A stretch of DNA of 64,000 nucleotides from an uncultured bacterium (GTDB lineage: Bacteria; JAGOEH01), in the NCBI GenBank assembly GCA_964632485.1, contig CAZWDO010000019.1, forward strand, positions 1 to 64,000, in the 5' to 3' direction. Position numbers and translations under genes: made by a program. Within the stretch, counting starts at the first letter, position 1; the number at the start of each line of letters is the position of its first letter. Below are positions 1 through 11,417 of the stretch, piece by piece. The notes beneath the pieces were generated by a model. The model was not told the DNA's origin. It worked only from the letters and a program-made list of their open reading frames with translations, and did not search any database.

Positions 1-237
1 TAAATTGACTTAAAACAAGTTGACCCCATTTCGAGCTTGGAAGATCCGTTATAACCGTTACCATGTGAAATAAGTAGGGAATTGACTTGACCCCATGGGT
101 GGGGAGATCATCTGTCCTCTGACATTCAGAATTAACTGCCAATTAATATAAATCATGCATTAATAAACCAGATGTAGCTCTAACATCATAATAAAATTCA
201 CCATTTGCATCCTTATAATCACCCATATTTACCGATT

Positions 238-555
238 TCATCTCTTTATTACTAATTTCCAGACAACGGGAAATCGCTTACTTCCGGTTTGTTCTCCCGC
301 CACTTCTTCGATATTCGGCACTCGTTCTCCGTCGGATATCATCGAGATATTTTTCAGCCAGGGTCCATTTTGCGGGTAAATTTCCAGCATGGTATTAGCG
401 CCCATGAAGCCATTAATGGATTCTAGGCTGTAATCGCCAATCAATTGCATGACCAACGCCGCTTTTTCGCTGAGTTGGCGGGCTGGCTTGCCGCCGCTGT
501 AAACTATCATAAGAAACAGGACGAGAATCAAAGACAGTTAAAATTTGCGCATCAT
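238..555 (-). pseudogene. Small exported protein with an in-frame stop at codon 6
   Basis: AAGGAG RBS, then ATG ATG CGC AAA TTT TAA, continuing in frame into hydrophobic LSLILVLFLMIVYSGG (ORF 238..531). Confidence 0.4.
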
Positions 556-595
556 AACGATACTCCTTTTGGGGTTGTACAGGTGGCAGACGATT

Positions 596-630
596 TTCTC
601 CCCTCCCGCTTCAGCGCGGGGAGGGAAGAA
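596..630. terminator. GC-rich hairpin downstream of the PorV-TPR gene
   Basis: ccctcccgc-ttcagc-gcgggaggg inverted repeat about 20 bp after the stop at 649. Confidence 0.45.
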
Positions 631-648
631 CGCAAACACGTTCCGCGC

Positions 649-3600
649 TTATTTCAAACGCGCGCGATAATCATTGTACCAGGTGATCAGGTCCTGGCTG
701 AATTTCAACAACGCGGTGTCATTGGGGTATTTCTTCAACAGATCAAAACAGCGGTTGATATTGCTTTCCAGCATATTGAAATTCAAGTAATACGGGTTGA
801 TGGCGACTTCGCGTCGGTAATAGTGGAGGGTTTTGTCCAGTTTTCCCAGCGTAAAATAGAGATTGGCGAGCATCAGATTGAGGTTTTCGGCATGAGAGCG
901 GATTTCAATGGCTTTTTCCAGATGGGAGACAGCTTTTTCCAGGCGCTGGATTTGGGCGGCTGTCATGGCCTTGTAGTAAACCGTGCTGATTGCGCTATCG
1001 CTCTCGACGATGCGATAATAGCATTCAGCGATCATTTTGTGCGCCAAACCCAGTTCCATATCGAACAGATTGCGTTCCTTGCGCGAAAGATTGTCGCGAT
1101 TGACCCTGTCGCGCTGGGCGACAATAGTTTCCAGATCGGGCAACGCCGCATTGTAATTACCCAGCGCATAATTGGCCTGGGATCGTTCGATGCGCATGCG
1201 GTTGTGGAAGCGTTCCCGCTTGGCCGGATCAGTGATATCGATATGGAGTCGCTGTTCCACGGAATCGATCAAAACCAGTTTACGGCGGGGATCGGTTTCA
1301 TTGATCACATGGTAAATGAGGCGTTCGATCGGCAGGTTGCGCGATTCCTCGACAATGAATTCCATCACCGTGCGGCGGTTCATGATCCGTCCATAAGGCG
1401 TGCAGTTTTCTCCAACTTCCAGTTTGGAGCAGCTTATTTGCCGGGCGGGAACGCTCAGCGGTTCATTCTCGCCCATGCCCCGCGACATAAAAATGGAATC
1501 GTCGGCGAACCATTCTTCGATATTGAAATAGCCTTCGCTGTAGATATCCTGGCGAATGGTGAAATTATAGACGCTGTCGATGCGAAGCAGGTTCTGAAAA
1601 TTGGCCAGTTCGCGGCGCGAGCGGTTACGGGAAAGCGTCAGGTTGGAATCCGAATCGCCGATGGTGCAGGTGTGGCCGTTGAAGATGTAGCTCGATATCT
1701 TCAGCTTATAATCTTCGCGGCGGGATACGTTTTTCGTATGAAATTCCACCATGCTTTTGCAAACGTCATCCAGCCGGTTATCCAGAATCTGGTTGATGGG
1801 GTCGGTTTCGGCGATCTTGTATAGAATGACGACTTTGTTTTCCTTGCGCACGATGGAATTGGCCTTAATGCGGATGGGCGCCTCCGCCGTCAGTTCCAGA
1901 TGCTTGGGCTGTTGGCGGCAGAAATCGATTTCCCATTTGACCTGGTATTCATTTATATAGTCGGCAAGTTCCCCGGTATGCTGATCGCTCCAGTCCCATG
2001 TGATGCCGTCGTTGAGCAGACGCTGGAAATCCTCGCGATTTCCGTGAGATTCGAAAGCTGCATATTCCTCAAATAGTGTGAGGACTACTTTTAATGCCGG
2101 GACNNNNNNNNNNTTTCACCCGCCAGCTTTCAATGAAATCGCGGCAGCGGAAATTAGCGCCAATGACGGGTTTGATTTTCAGAAATTGAGCGGGATTGAT
2201 GGGGCGTTCCTTCTGGTCGTCATTAATGCGGGTGATTTGGCGGACTTCCGGTTCGTAAAGCAGGTTATCCGAGGAATAATGCAGCGAGACGAAGCTTTTC
2301 TCGCGGGTCGGAACTTCACGGATATAGATACGGTCGGCCAGCGCGTCATCTCCGGCGGCAATCAGGCGCGACTTAAGATGATTGCGCAGCCGCGTGGCGC
2401 GGCGATAGCCCAGCTCGTCCAGCATCTCGCGATTCAAACCAGCGGCGCCATCCCATGCCGATGAGAAATGGGACGTAATCATGACCACCACACCCGGATT
2501 GGAACACAGAAAGCGGTCATTTTTTAATTGATCGGCAATTTTTGTGATGAAATCATCGTTGACTTCCGATTCACCGGGTTTTTTGAATCCATACTGTAAA
2601 TAAATACGTTTATCTTCTGGGATAACGAAGCTGAAATCGACGCGACACAGCTCTTCGAGGTAGCTGGTGAGTTCCTCCAGACGGCGCCGCGTGAAGTTCG
2701 TGGGTTTATTGGCTTTTCGCAAATCGCGGATAGTCCGAATAACCCCATCGTCAACCAGCGACACGGCCGGCGAAAGGTCGAGGCGCGTATCGATGCCGCT
2801 AATTTCTCGCTCAACCGCCTGAGCATTGAGCCCCTTTAACACCTGATCGCGCATGGCTTCGCCCTTGGCGCGCAGGTCCCGTTCGTTGCCGTCGTTGGGA
2901 AGTAAACTCGCCACCCTGCATACCAGATCGGGATTGGCCGCCATCTTACCCAAAACATTGGCGATAATCAGCGAGTCATAATTGATTTCGGCGGAAAACG
3001 AACAGGATGACGCCGACTCCTGATTGTAACGGTCGGCATAATAGCGGTAATGATTGAGTTGGTCCGCGGGCGTGTTCACCGGAAAAAATACCGATGGAAC
3101 AAAGGGAATGTCCTGCTTGATCAAATAGATTTTATCGAGTTCAAGGGTTGGATTTTCCAATTCAAGAGCAATCGATTTTTCAACGGGATTGCAGAATTTA
3201 CAGTTGTCATGGTCTTGATAGAACGTAAAATTTTGGGGGCTGTTGGCCGCCGCCTTGCGACTCCGTCCCGGTTGACGGGCATCGACCGCGTCAACCCGCC
3301 ACCAGTATTTGCATTCATCGCCACAATAATAATTAACGATCGCCGGATGGACATTGATCTGGCCGGGAGAACGGCGGATCCTGAAATATTCCTTGTCACC
3401 GCTCGCATCCGCAACAAACCATTCTTCGTCGCTCAACCCCAACGAATCGATTGCCGCCCGGCTAATAGTCAGGGTGTCCACAATCCACGTTGTATCCGCT
3501 CCGGCAGGTGTGAATCGGTACGCCAGCGAATCCCACAGTACAAAATTGAGTTCCAGCGTAGGGCTCTCCAATATGGTATCGATAATAACGGCTTGGCGAT

Positions 3601-4756
3601 CAAACGATGGCTGAACGGCCAGTCGAAATCGATAAATCAACGAATCTCCATCCCAGGAATAATTGAGCGGTTCTTCCCAGGTGAAAGGGAGGGTATTGCC
3701 GGTATTGAAGATCGGTATCCGGGTTTGTCCTGCTGGTTGGCGCTGCCGGAAAGCGAACAGTTTATTTAAACGCAGGATGGCGGTATGGCGCAGATTTTGA
3801 TCGAATCCATCCACCATCAGCGGCGAATAATCGAAATAATAATCGAAGGTTTGCGACGGCATGGGGCCGAAACAGATGCCGATCCCCGCATGAACGGTTT
3901 CCAGGTCGTTTTTATCCGAATACCCCACCTGACAGGATATCCGGCGGTAAAGATCAAGCTTGAGCCCGCCGCCGAAATATTCGCGATTGCCGGTCGTATA
4001 GTTCAAATAGGCGCTCAGTGTGTAGTTGGTTCCCCGTAAGAAATTTTTCAATTCCAGACCCAATCGGGTAAATGAATTGAGCTCGTAGGGTAAATTATAG
4101 AGGGTATCCCCCAGTGTGGCGCTTGATAGCGGCAGTTCGCCGTACGAAGCGCCCAGCGATAGGAAGGGATTGATCTGCAGAACTGTTCCGGCGCTGATCC
4201 CGGTCAGGGACTGATCGAAATCGCCGAACTTATTTTTCAGGTAAGTGAATCCGCCTCCGAGGGACATGAAGGAGCTTTTGGAAAACTTCAGACGCAGGTT
4301 TACGGCCGGTTTAATATAAAACGAACTCAAACGGACGCCGCTTTGATGGTCCGCTCTCGAACCGCTCACCCAGTCATCGTTATCGAATGGATCGCAATTG
4401 AAAAAGGAAGCGCTGATTCCATAGTAGAGATTGCGAAAAAGGGCTTTACGCGCGCCGAACGGATTACGGATTACCCAGGAGATCGGTACCATAGTGAACT
4501 GGTTGAGCCACTTGCTGTAGGAAACGCTGAGCAACATAAAGCGCGAGGAAACCATGCCCCCGGGATTAAAAAACAGGATATTGGGGTCATCGGCATTGAC
4601 GGTTTCAGTATTGCCCAGGGCTTGCTGCAGGGCCGACGGGGTAATTTTGAGAATATCCCCGGCCGTAGTACTGGAGCTTTGAGCCCAAGTAGCGCGGACG
4701 CCGGAAAAAAAGGAGACGAGCAGACAGATAGCGAATACATTATATACGAATTTCAT
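649..4756 (-). CDS. PorV/PorQ (UPF0164)-like outer-membrane barrel fused to C-terminal domains ending in TPR repeats (~1365 aa, split by N gap)
   Basis: Signal peptide and motif LKITPSALQQALGNT..ADDPNILFFNPGG. Removing the 10 N at 2104-2113 gives a stop-free read WRVK|VPALKVVLTLFEE...NSIVRKENKVV into TPR-like ORF 649..1851. Confidence 0.7.
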
Positions 4757-4768
4757 GGTTTTCCCCTC

Positions 4769-7700
4769 CTATTTCCAGTTGATCATCAGTTTTTGAATGG
4801 CCTTGGCGTCGCTGATCGTTTTGCCTTTGAACCGAATCACGTAGATACCCGGGTGTACCGGTTCACTGGAAGCATCGCGTCCGTTCCATTGCAACTGGTT
4901 CATGCCGTCATTGAACCATCCCGTATAATGCCAGACTTCCTCACCGGCGATATTGTACACATCGATTTCCACTTCCTGCGGCAGGGAGAGATCGATATAA
5001 AACACGACATATTCATTTTTCAGGGGATTGATCGTATTGCGATCCAAGCGCAAATTGTCCTGAAGTTTTTGGTTGAAAAACCGCGCTTCGGCCTGCAGAG
5101 TTGTATCGCGCTGCAGGTCTCCCCCTTCCGGGATATACAGGTTATTGTAGGTAGTGATGCGGACCCGATAGGGATCGGCTTCTAAACCGTTATCAAGTTT
5201 GGACGGCAGGATATATCTGCCCACTTCGACCGGATGGGCGTAAAGGGACGTATTAGCTTTACTGACCGGCAGTTCGGTGCCGGTGGGATCGCTAACTGAC
5301 AAATCCCAGTCGCGGGCGGTTTTGGGAGTAACGCAGACCGCTTTGAAGAGAACGGTATCTCGAGGATAAAAATAGTAAGTTTCGGCGCCAGTCGAGCGGT
5401 AACAGCGGATAATGGGAGGATTGATCTCACTCTTGATGAGAACAATGACCGTATCAAGATTGTTAGACAGGTTTTCATCGGCATTGCATTCTGCAACGCA
5501 GATATTGATGATTTGCGGCGGCAGCGCGGCATCGAGCGTATCGGCCAACAGAAAATCGTACTGAAACGAGGCATAGCCATTGGCGCCCAGGGAGGGCAAT
5601 GTCCAGCTTATCGTGTTGTTGCCGCTGTCGTATTGGCCTTGTGGCTGCATGGAAATCACCTCGCCATAGCGGGAATCGGGCAGAGTGTCAATGACGACAA
5701 TCTCCGTATCGCACGCCAATTGGCCGTTGTTGAATATCGACAACCGATAAGTGAGTGTGCCGCTCAGGCCATCTTTGTTCATTGCCACCCAGGGAACAGC
5801 ATTTGACTGAGCGCTATCGAGATCATACCCCCCAGTCAGGCTTTTAGTCATGACCAGATCACAGGCAGAAAGACAGAGTTTGTAGTCGATGGAATCGCGG
5901 TCACTGAGCGCCTGGTTGAACGTTTCCGCGCCCTGATAGGCGACATCGCCCTTCAGAGTAACGGTTTCGCCGGTATGTTCCGTAATGGGCGAGGGGTAGG
6001 ATAACAGATAGCCGCCGGAACCCATTTCACACAGCGATTGAAGCATCGAAGCACTGTATCCGGCATTTTCAATCCGATAGAAATAGCCGCCCGTGGTTCC
6101 GGCCAGTTCCTCCAGATCGTCAAACCAGCCATCCTGCCCCATACCAAGGGCAAACACCGGGATACCAAAATCAAGCATGGCTTGAATCACAGTGGCCTTC
6201 GTTTCGCTATCAGCGGCTGAGCCATCGTTAATGACGATGATTATTTCCTCACCCGGATGCGTAACGCAGATATCGGCGGCCTGACCCAGGGCCGTCCATA
6301 AATAGGTTCCACCCCGATCCTGTATTGAGTTCACCTGCGAAACCAGTAAATTTTTATCGCTGGTAAAGGGTTGAATATACTCAAATTCATCGTCGAAAAT
6401 CAAGACGGCAAAGGTATCAGCGCAGGATCCGGATTGGATCAGCTCGATCACCGCTTCGCGGGTCAAGGCCATGCGCGATTGGCTGTTCATCTCGGTCGAT
6501 CCCATTGAGCCGCTGTGATCAATCACGAACAGTACGGAGCGCTGGTTGGTTTCCAGGGACCCACTGGCGCGCATCAAACGAATGGAATCATTGGCAAACC
6601 CCCAGGAACGCGAAAAGGAAGTAAGCAAAAATCCCGGCCACCAACTGGGATTGGGCAGATCCCAGCAACTATCGGCCAAAAAATTCAAGGGTCGATGATT
6701 CTGATCGGTAACCGTCAATGAGGCAATATGCCGATCGCAGTCGGCATAGCGATTCACCCCGCAGCTATCTACCACCGGTTCAGGCTCAAGGATCGAAACA
6801 TGCGTGAAGTTCAGATTCAAATCTGTAATCCCAAAATCGAAGGTAACGATATCAATATTGTCATCATAGCGGATTTCCGTTGGATCATGGGCGGGATTGA
6901 CCTCGGCGGTCAAGGTATGCGAAGTTCCGCATTCGAAGTAGCTACCGGAGAGATCGAGCGCGAACATTTTTTCGTTCATGGCTTGTAAATCATGAATCCA
7001 GAAGGAGTCCAGGATCGCGCCGCTTTCGTCGCGAATTGTGACCTCAATGGGATGGGTGCTGTCCACCGGGCATAAGCCGAGATTTTTAACAAGGACATTC
7101 AAGCCCAGATAGGCGCCGCAAGAGAGCGTATCACTATTGCCCGAAGCATTGGCGAATTCTATGGCGAAATTGCGCGTACCCAGCCAGACCGTATCCCGCA
7201 GTAACGTACTCATATAAAATCCATCATTATAATCGTAGGCCGCTCGAATTTCATAAAATAGATCCCCGGCCACGGGTTGGTATTCCGAATCATAATCGAA
7301 AGTTACCGTTTGGTTGGGTTGCTGATTGTAAATGCGATAGTGGCGATAGGACAAAGTTTCCACGCCGTCAAAAGATCAATCAGCGGCAGGGCGGACCAGG
7401 TTGTGGCCGGATCCGAGGGACTTATGGTCAGCGAGTCGTTTGTAATTGACAAATTGTTGGGAAAATGTACATAAAGATCAACTGAATCGAGCACAATCGC
7501 TTCTTTTTTTTGCGAATCATAATGGTTGGTCAGATTCACGGTATGATGATTGGCCATATCATTGCACAAGGTATCATAGATACTTCCCAAATCAAAAATG
7601 ATATCGGGAAAACAATCGAGAAATTTCTGATCATCGTGATCTGAAGCGGGCGAAGAAACGTCAAATTCGCGCGCGAATAAGCGGGCGTTCATTTTGAGGG

Positions 7701-8154
7701 GAATCAATATATGCTTGGGACAGGGCACATCCTTGACGAGCAGGGTACATTGAATGATGGCAGTTTGGTTAGACGTGAGGAAAAAATTGTTCTTGAATTT
7801 ATATTTGACGGTAATCGTCTCATCATCGTCATTCTTTTCTATTTTTTTTTCATCGACATCCGAACCACTCCAGCCTTGAATAAAAGCTTCACCGACAAAA
7901 TCGGTATAGGGGTAGCTGTTCTCGGTATAGTCAAAATTCGGCAGGTTGAGTTCCAGAGTTAGATAGGTCAGTTTAGCCTTGGGCTCGACCGTGATCTGAT
8001 AGACCAGCGTATCTCCGCGACGCACCGTATCGGCAACGGGATAGATCGCCGAATCGGTTACTACGCATAACTCATTGACGGGCAGAGCTCTTGCAACTCC
8101 CGCCAGCAGCGTTAGCCAAATTGATAACCATAGCGCAAACCGAAATTTTTGCAT
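4769..8154 (-). CDS. Secreted DUF11/CARDB/vWA protein with C-terminal FlgD-Ig (T9SS-like sorting) domain; 1-nt frameshift near 7370
   Basis: RBS and signal peptide at 8154; vWA MIDAS motif FVIDHSGSM; DUF11-like CDLVMTKS..LTYRLSIFNNG; C-terminus VEIDVYNIAGEEV..WNGRDASSEPVHPGIYVI. ORFs 7303..8211 and 4769..7363 join if one T is added (IDLFDGVETLSY). Confidence 0.7.
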
Positions 8155-8665
8155 ACATTCTCCTTGTTTAGAAATCAAGCGTTTTCTTAGCTTATGACTT
8201 AAATCATTCATAGTTTATCGAAACTAACATTCATCCATGCTTTTGTATTGATTCAGCGAAAAACGAAGATCGAGTTTAAAACAACTAAAAAAAACACAAG
8301 TAAAAAGTAAAGAATAAATTAAATGAAAAATTTAAATTAATTTGATTAAAGCGTTTTTTTAATTGTAGATACTTATTACTGTAAAATTGAAAATTCGTTT
8401 CATTCAACCCGGATGTCGAAAATGACCGATCTGCTTCAGCGGTAGTGCATTCCGGTATCAACCCCATACATCTTCCCATTAACCCTCTAAAGTTCATTAC
8501 CGTTGAGCATACGCATTCCTTTCCCTTACGTTTTTCTCCACACATCGCAATGAATTTATTATAATATAACTACTAAAAATTGTCAAGCAAAAAGTAAAAA
8601 AATCTTGGAAATCGATCAAGATAACCAGAACCGAAAACAAATACAGCATGATAATCATAAAACAG

Positions 8666-8717
8666 GCGTATAATCCGGGGCAAAGTCCCCCACTCTCTCC
8701 GATTGAAAGGCGCCACT
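8666..8717 (+). mobile_element. IS21-family-like terminal repeat remnant
   Basis: gtataatccggggcaaagtcccccact..gattgaaaggcgccac, closely similar to 55629-55692. Confidence 0.45.
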
Positions 8718-8759
8718 TGTTCCAGCAGCTTTTCTGGATAATGCCTGAAACTTTCTCCC

Positions 8760-8875
8760 TGGGGATCGACGGATTTTTGATAGTTTTAGGGTGTTAGATG
8801 AAATAACGGGAAATGCTGTCAAGGTGTGGGTTTGGGGGCTTTTTCGTGAAAGGCGTTGCTGTCGAAGTTTTTTCA
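8760..8875 (+). promoter_or_regulatory. Prophage left end (attL) with putative transposase-binding sites
   Basis: TGGGGATCGACGGATTTTTGATAG, plus inverted GCTGTC copies near 8815 and 8858. Confidence 0.65.
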
Positions 8876-8920
8876 GACATTGGCTTATTTTCGTCGGAAT
8901 TTGGTGTGTGAGCTGTTTTC

Positions 8921-9072
8921 GTTGAACGGACTTGAACACATTTGAACAGCCGCGATGGAGTGTTCAAAAAGCATTTAAAAAGCATTTAAAAAGTATTCAA
9001 AAAGCGTAGTGTTCAAGGAGTGTTCAAGGAGTGTTCAAGGAGTGTTCAAGGAGTGTTCAAGGAGTGTTCAAA
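8921..9072. repeat. 10-11-bp phased TTGAAC/GTTCAA repeat array
   Basis: Three TTGAAC at 10-bp spacing (8921-8950), degenerate 11-mers, then AGTGTTCAAGG x5 plus a partial copy (9008-9072). Confidence 0.9.
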
Positions 9073-9120
9073 AATGGGGGACAAAACGGGCGATTTCGGG
9101 TTGAGCGGGGGGAATCTCCG

Positions 9121-9283
9121 GCGATTGAGGAACATGGCAGGGCGGCGCGTGTCCCTCAATCTGTTCCTCAATCGCATTTAACGTTATCGCAAGCGGTTGC
9201 GCGGGGTCTTTTGCCAACTGTCCAAGAATGTTCCTCAATCGGTGTTCCTCAATCGGTGTTCCTCAATCGGTGTTCCTTATTCG
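9121..9283. repeat. 14-bp repeat family (GTGTTCCTCAATCG)
   Basis: Near-four tandem copies at 9228-9283, two degenerate copies at 9151-9174, and an inverted copy gcgattgaggaaca at 9121-9134. Confidence 0.85.
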
Positions 9284-9369
9284 GGACGGGCGCGCGGGGT
9301 GGAAAGTTCGATATTTTGTGCGCTCGGGCGGGCGGGTTCTGGGGAAGATTTCAGGATTTTGGATTGGCG

Positions 9370-9760
9370 GTTTCGGGGGAAAGAAGAGAAGATAGAACCA
9401 CGAAACACACGAAATGCATGAAAAAAGGAAGAGCATACGTGGCGGAAGCGGGAGACGAGCCGCTCCATCAGCCGCCGGAGGTCGGCACGTTGGGAAGAAA
9501 AGAGAGGATCACGGAAGGGACGGGACACACGGATAGGATAGAAGATGGATTCCGGGCGCCAGCCGCACGGGCAATCGGAGTTCGGCATGACGGTGGCGGT
9601 GACCCAGGTGATCATCTTCCCGACACCAGGAAAATGGTCATCGGAGTTCGGCATGACGGAGGCGGTGACCCATGGATGCCGGGCGCGAGCCGCACTGGCG
9701 GTCAAGCCCGGAATGACAAATGAAGATGGATTCCGGGTCAAGCCCGGAATGACGGAAAGA
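9370..9760 (+). repeat. Non-coding cluster of REP-like elements also found inside phage genes
   Basis: Contains GAAGATAGAACCACGAAA, CCGCTCCATCAGCCGCCGGAGGTCGG and GATGGATTCCGGGTCAAGCCCGGAATGAC (9725-9753). Confidence 0.8.
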
Positions 9761-9913
9761 GGAAGAGCAGGCGGGATGGATGCGGGAGGAAACCGGTGTG
9801 GAGGTCGGCGCGCGGCGCCGATATTAGAGATAATACGGGAAGCGATATAGACAGGATCAACCGGGGGCGTTTCCGGGCGGACGCGCGGAGACGAACCAAA
9901 ACGAGATAGGAGG

Positions 9914-10492
9914 TCAGCGGGGCCGGCGGGCTTTTTTGAACTTATCGGGTGACGAAACCTTAGAGGGTATATCATCTTCGACGCGCAGTACAGCAAAGGG
10001 AGTCATCGTGAAACTTTTTACTACTTTGGGTTGGGCTTCGGGACTGACAAGGGGGAGGTCTTTTATTTTCAGGAGGAGTTTTTCGATATCGGAGCGGAGC
10101 TCCATGCGCTGGTCGGGGGACAATTGGCTCCATTTATCGAAAAGGGTTTTCAGGTTCCGCAGGTGGGATTCGGAGAAATCGGGAAGCGCGGCGCGAATTT
10201 TCTCCAGATCGGGCGCGGGCGGGGGCTCGGGCGGCGGTTTCGGCGGGGCGAGGTATTTTCCGCCCTGTCCGGTTAACAACCAATTAAGGTTGACTTTACA
10301 CTTTTGAGATATTTTGCATAAGGTGTCTGATCCTGGGGTGTTTTGTCTTGAAAAATAGTTGTTTAAAGTTGATAATTTTATCCCAACTAATGTTGCAAAC
10401 TTTTTCTGGCGGCCGTGTTCACTGCCGAAAAAATCGGTAATGAGTTCGTCGAGGCGGGAAAGAATGGCTTTTACGTCATAATTTGTGTTCAT
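9914..10492 (-). CDS. XRE/CI-type prophage repressor (no S24 peptidase domain visible)
   Basis: HTH QKKFATLVGIKLSTLNNYFS..VNLNWLLTGQG; divergent from the early operon. Confidence 0.85.
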   Translation of the reverse strand: MNTNYDVKAILSRLDELITDFFGSEHGRQKKFATLVGIKLSTLNNYFSRQNTPGSDTLCKISQKCKVNLNWLLTGQGGKYLAPPKPPPEPPPAPDLEKIRAALPDFSESHLRNLKTLFDKWSQLSPDQRMELRSDIEKLLLKIKDLPLVSPEAQPKVVKSFTMTPFAVLRVEDDIPSKVSSPDKFKKARRPR

Positions 10493-10653
10493 AAAACGCT
10501 GCGATTCGACACTCCAATCGGGTTTTTCACTTAAAATATAACATGTTTTTTTATCAAGTCAACATCAAAATACAGAATAAAAGCTGACAAAGCGGCGTAA
10601 ACGGCGGTAAATACACGGCGAAATCAAAGGATATATTTTTTTTCCAAAAAAAA

Positions 10654-10703
10654 TCTCAAAAGAGTATTTTTAACTTGACTTTGTCTCAAAAGAGTATTAT
10701 TTT
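10654..10703 (+). promoter_or_regulatory. Early promoter with duplicated operator
   Basis: TTGACT(10675)-17 bp-TATTTT. TCTCAAAAGAGTATT occurs at 10654 and 10684 (flanking the -35); related inverted site at 10298-10309. Confidence 0.7.
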
Positions 10704-10725
10704 AATATAAACAGGAGAAAGCACC

Positions 10726-11211
10726 ATGAAAACGGACGAGAAAGAATTGATTTTTGTCGCGCCGGTTCCGACGCTGACGGAGCTGGCTGAACGATTCGGG
10801 GTGAGCGTCGGTACCGTGGAGTACGCCTTGAGCCGGGGGAAGGGGCAGCGCGGGAGCGCGACGTCGGAGATCCGGCAATATGTGGCGACGCGGTGGCCGG
10901 AGCTGCTGGACGGCGGGTTCCGTCGGCGGACGCATCCGACGATGGCGGATCTGGCGCGGGAGTTCGGGGTGACCCGGGAGCTGGTACGGCAGATATGCAC
11001 GGGACGGATACAGGGGAAGAGCGGGAGTTCGGCGGTGATCCGGGATTATATTCTTGCGCGGTGGCCGGAGATGCTGAAGGAAGCGAAGCCGGCCAAACGG
11101 CGGGCGAGCCGTCGGTATCTGGAGGCGCGTCGGGCGCGGATACTGGAGAAACTGCGGCGTTTGCACGCGGAAGCGGACGCGCTGGAGACGCGGAAGCGGA
11201 GGGCCGGATGA
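10726..11211 (+). CDS. Ner/Cro-like regulator with two tandem HTH repeats
   Basis: PTLTELAERFGVS..RWPELL and PTMADLAREFGVT..RWPEML; GGAG RBS; first early gene. Confidence 0.75.
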   Translation: MKTDEKELIFVAPVPTLTELAERFGVSVGTVEYALSRGKGQRGSATSEIRQYVATRWPELLDGGFRRRTHPTMADLAREFGVTRELVRQICTGRIQGKSGSSAVIRDYILARWPEMLKEAKPAKRRASRRYLEARRARILEKLRRLHAEADALETRKRRAG

Positions 11212-11417
11212 TCGCGCGGGAGAGCCATGAACATTTGTGCGAGAGTTGCGGGCGTTTTCGTGCCGAGTTTCCGGAATGTATGCCGACAACGGTGTGTTTC
11301 GGGAACGGGATCGGGAAAGACAATGTGATCTACTGCGACAACTATGCGGAGGCGGCGCGGATCGCGGTTGCGGACAGCGCGAAAGGAAGCGAGAACAAGA
11401 AGCGAGGCGGAGACTGA
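11208..11417 (+). CDS. Small Cys-rich phage protein
   Basis: Start/stop overlaps with both neighbours; HLCESC..FPEC..DNVIYC. Confidence 0.55.
   Translation: MIARESHEHLCESCGRFRAEFPECMPTTVCFGNGIGKDNVIYCDNYAEAARIAVADSAKGSENKKRGGD

Noticed and set aside
1-110. TTGACCCCAT duplicate at the window start
   Set aside because: Only two short copies with no context, so no function can be supported.
445-1824. Long antisense ORFs (445..1824, 36575..37648, 37904..39715 and similar)
   Set aside because: Shadow frames of well-supported genes on the opposite strand.
9008-9283. CRISPR array
   Set aside because: Repeats are 11-14 bp and directly tandem, with no unique spacers and no cas genes.
9031-9996. 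ORFs 9031..9723 (+) and 9277..9996 (-) as genes
   Set aside because: They are translations of tandem and REP repeats with no RBS or domain signal.
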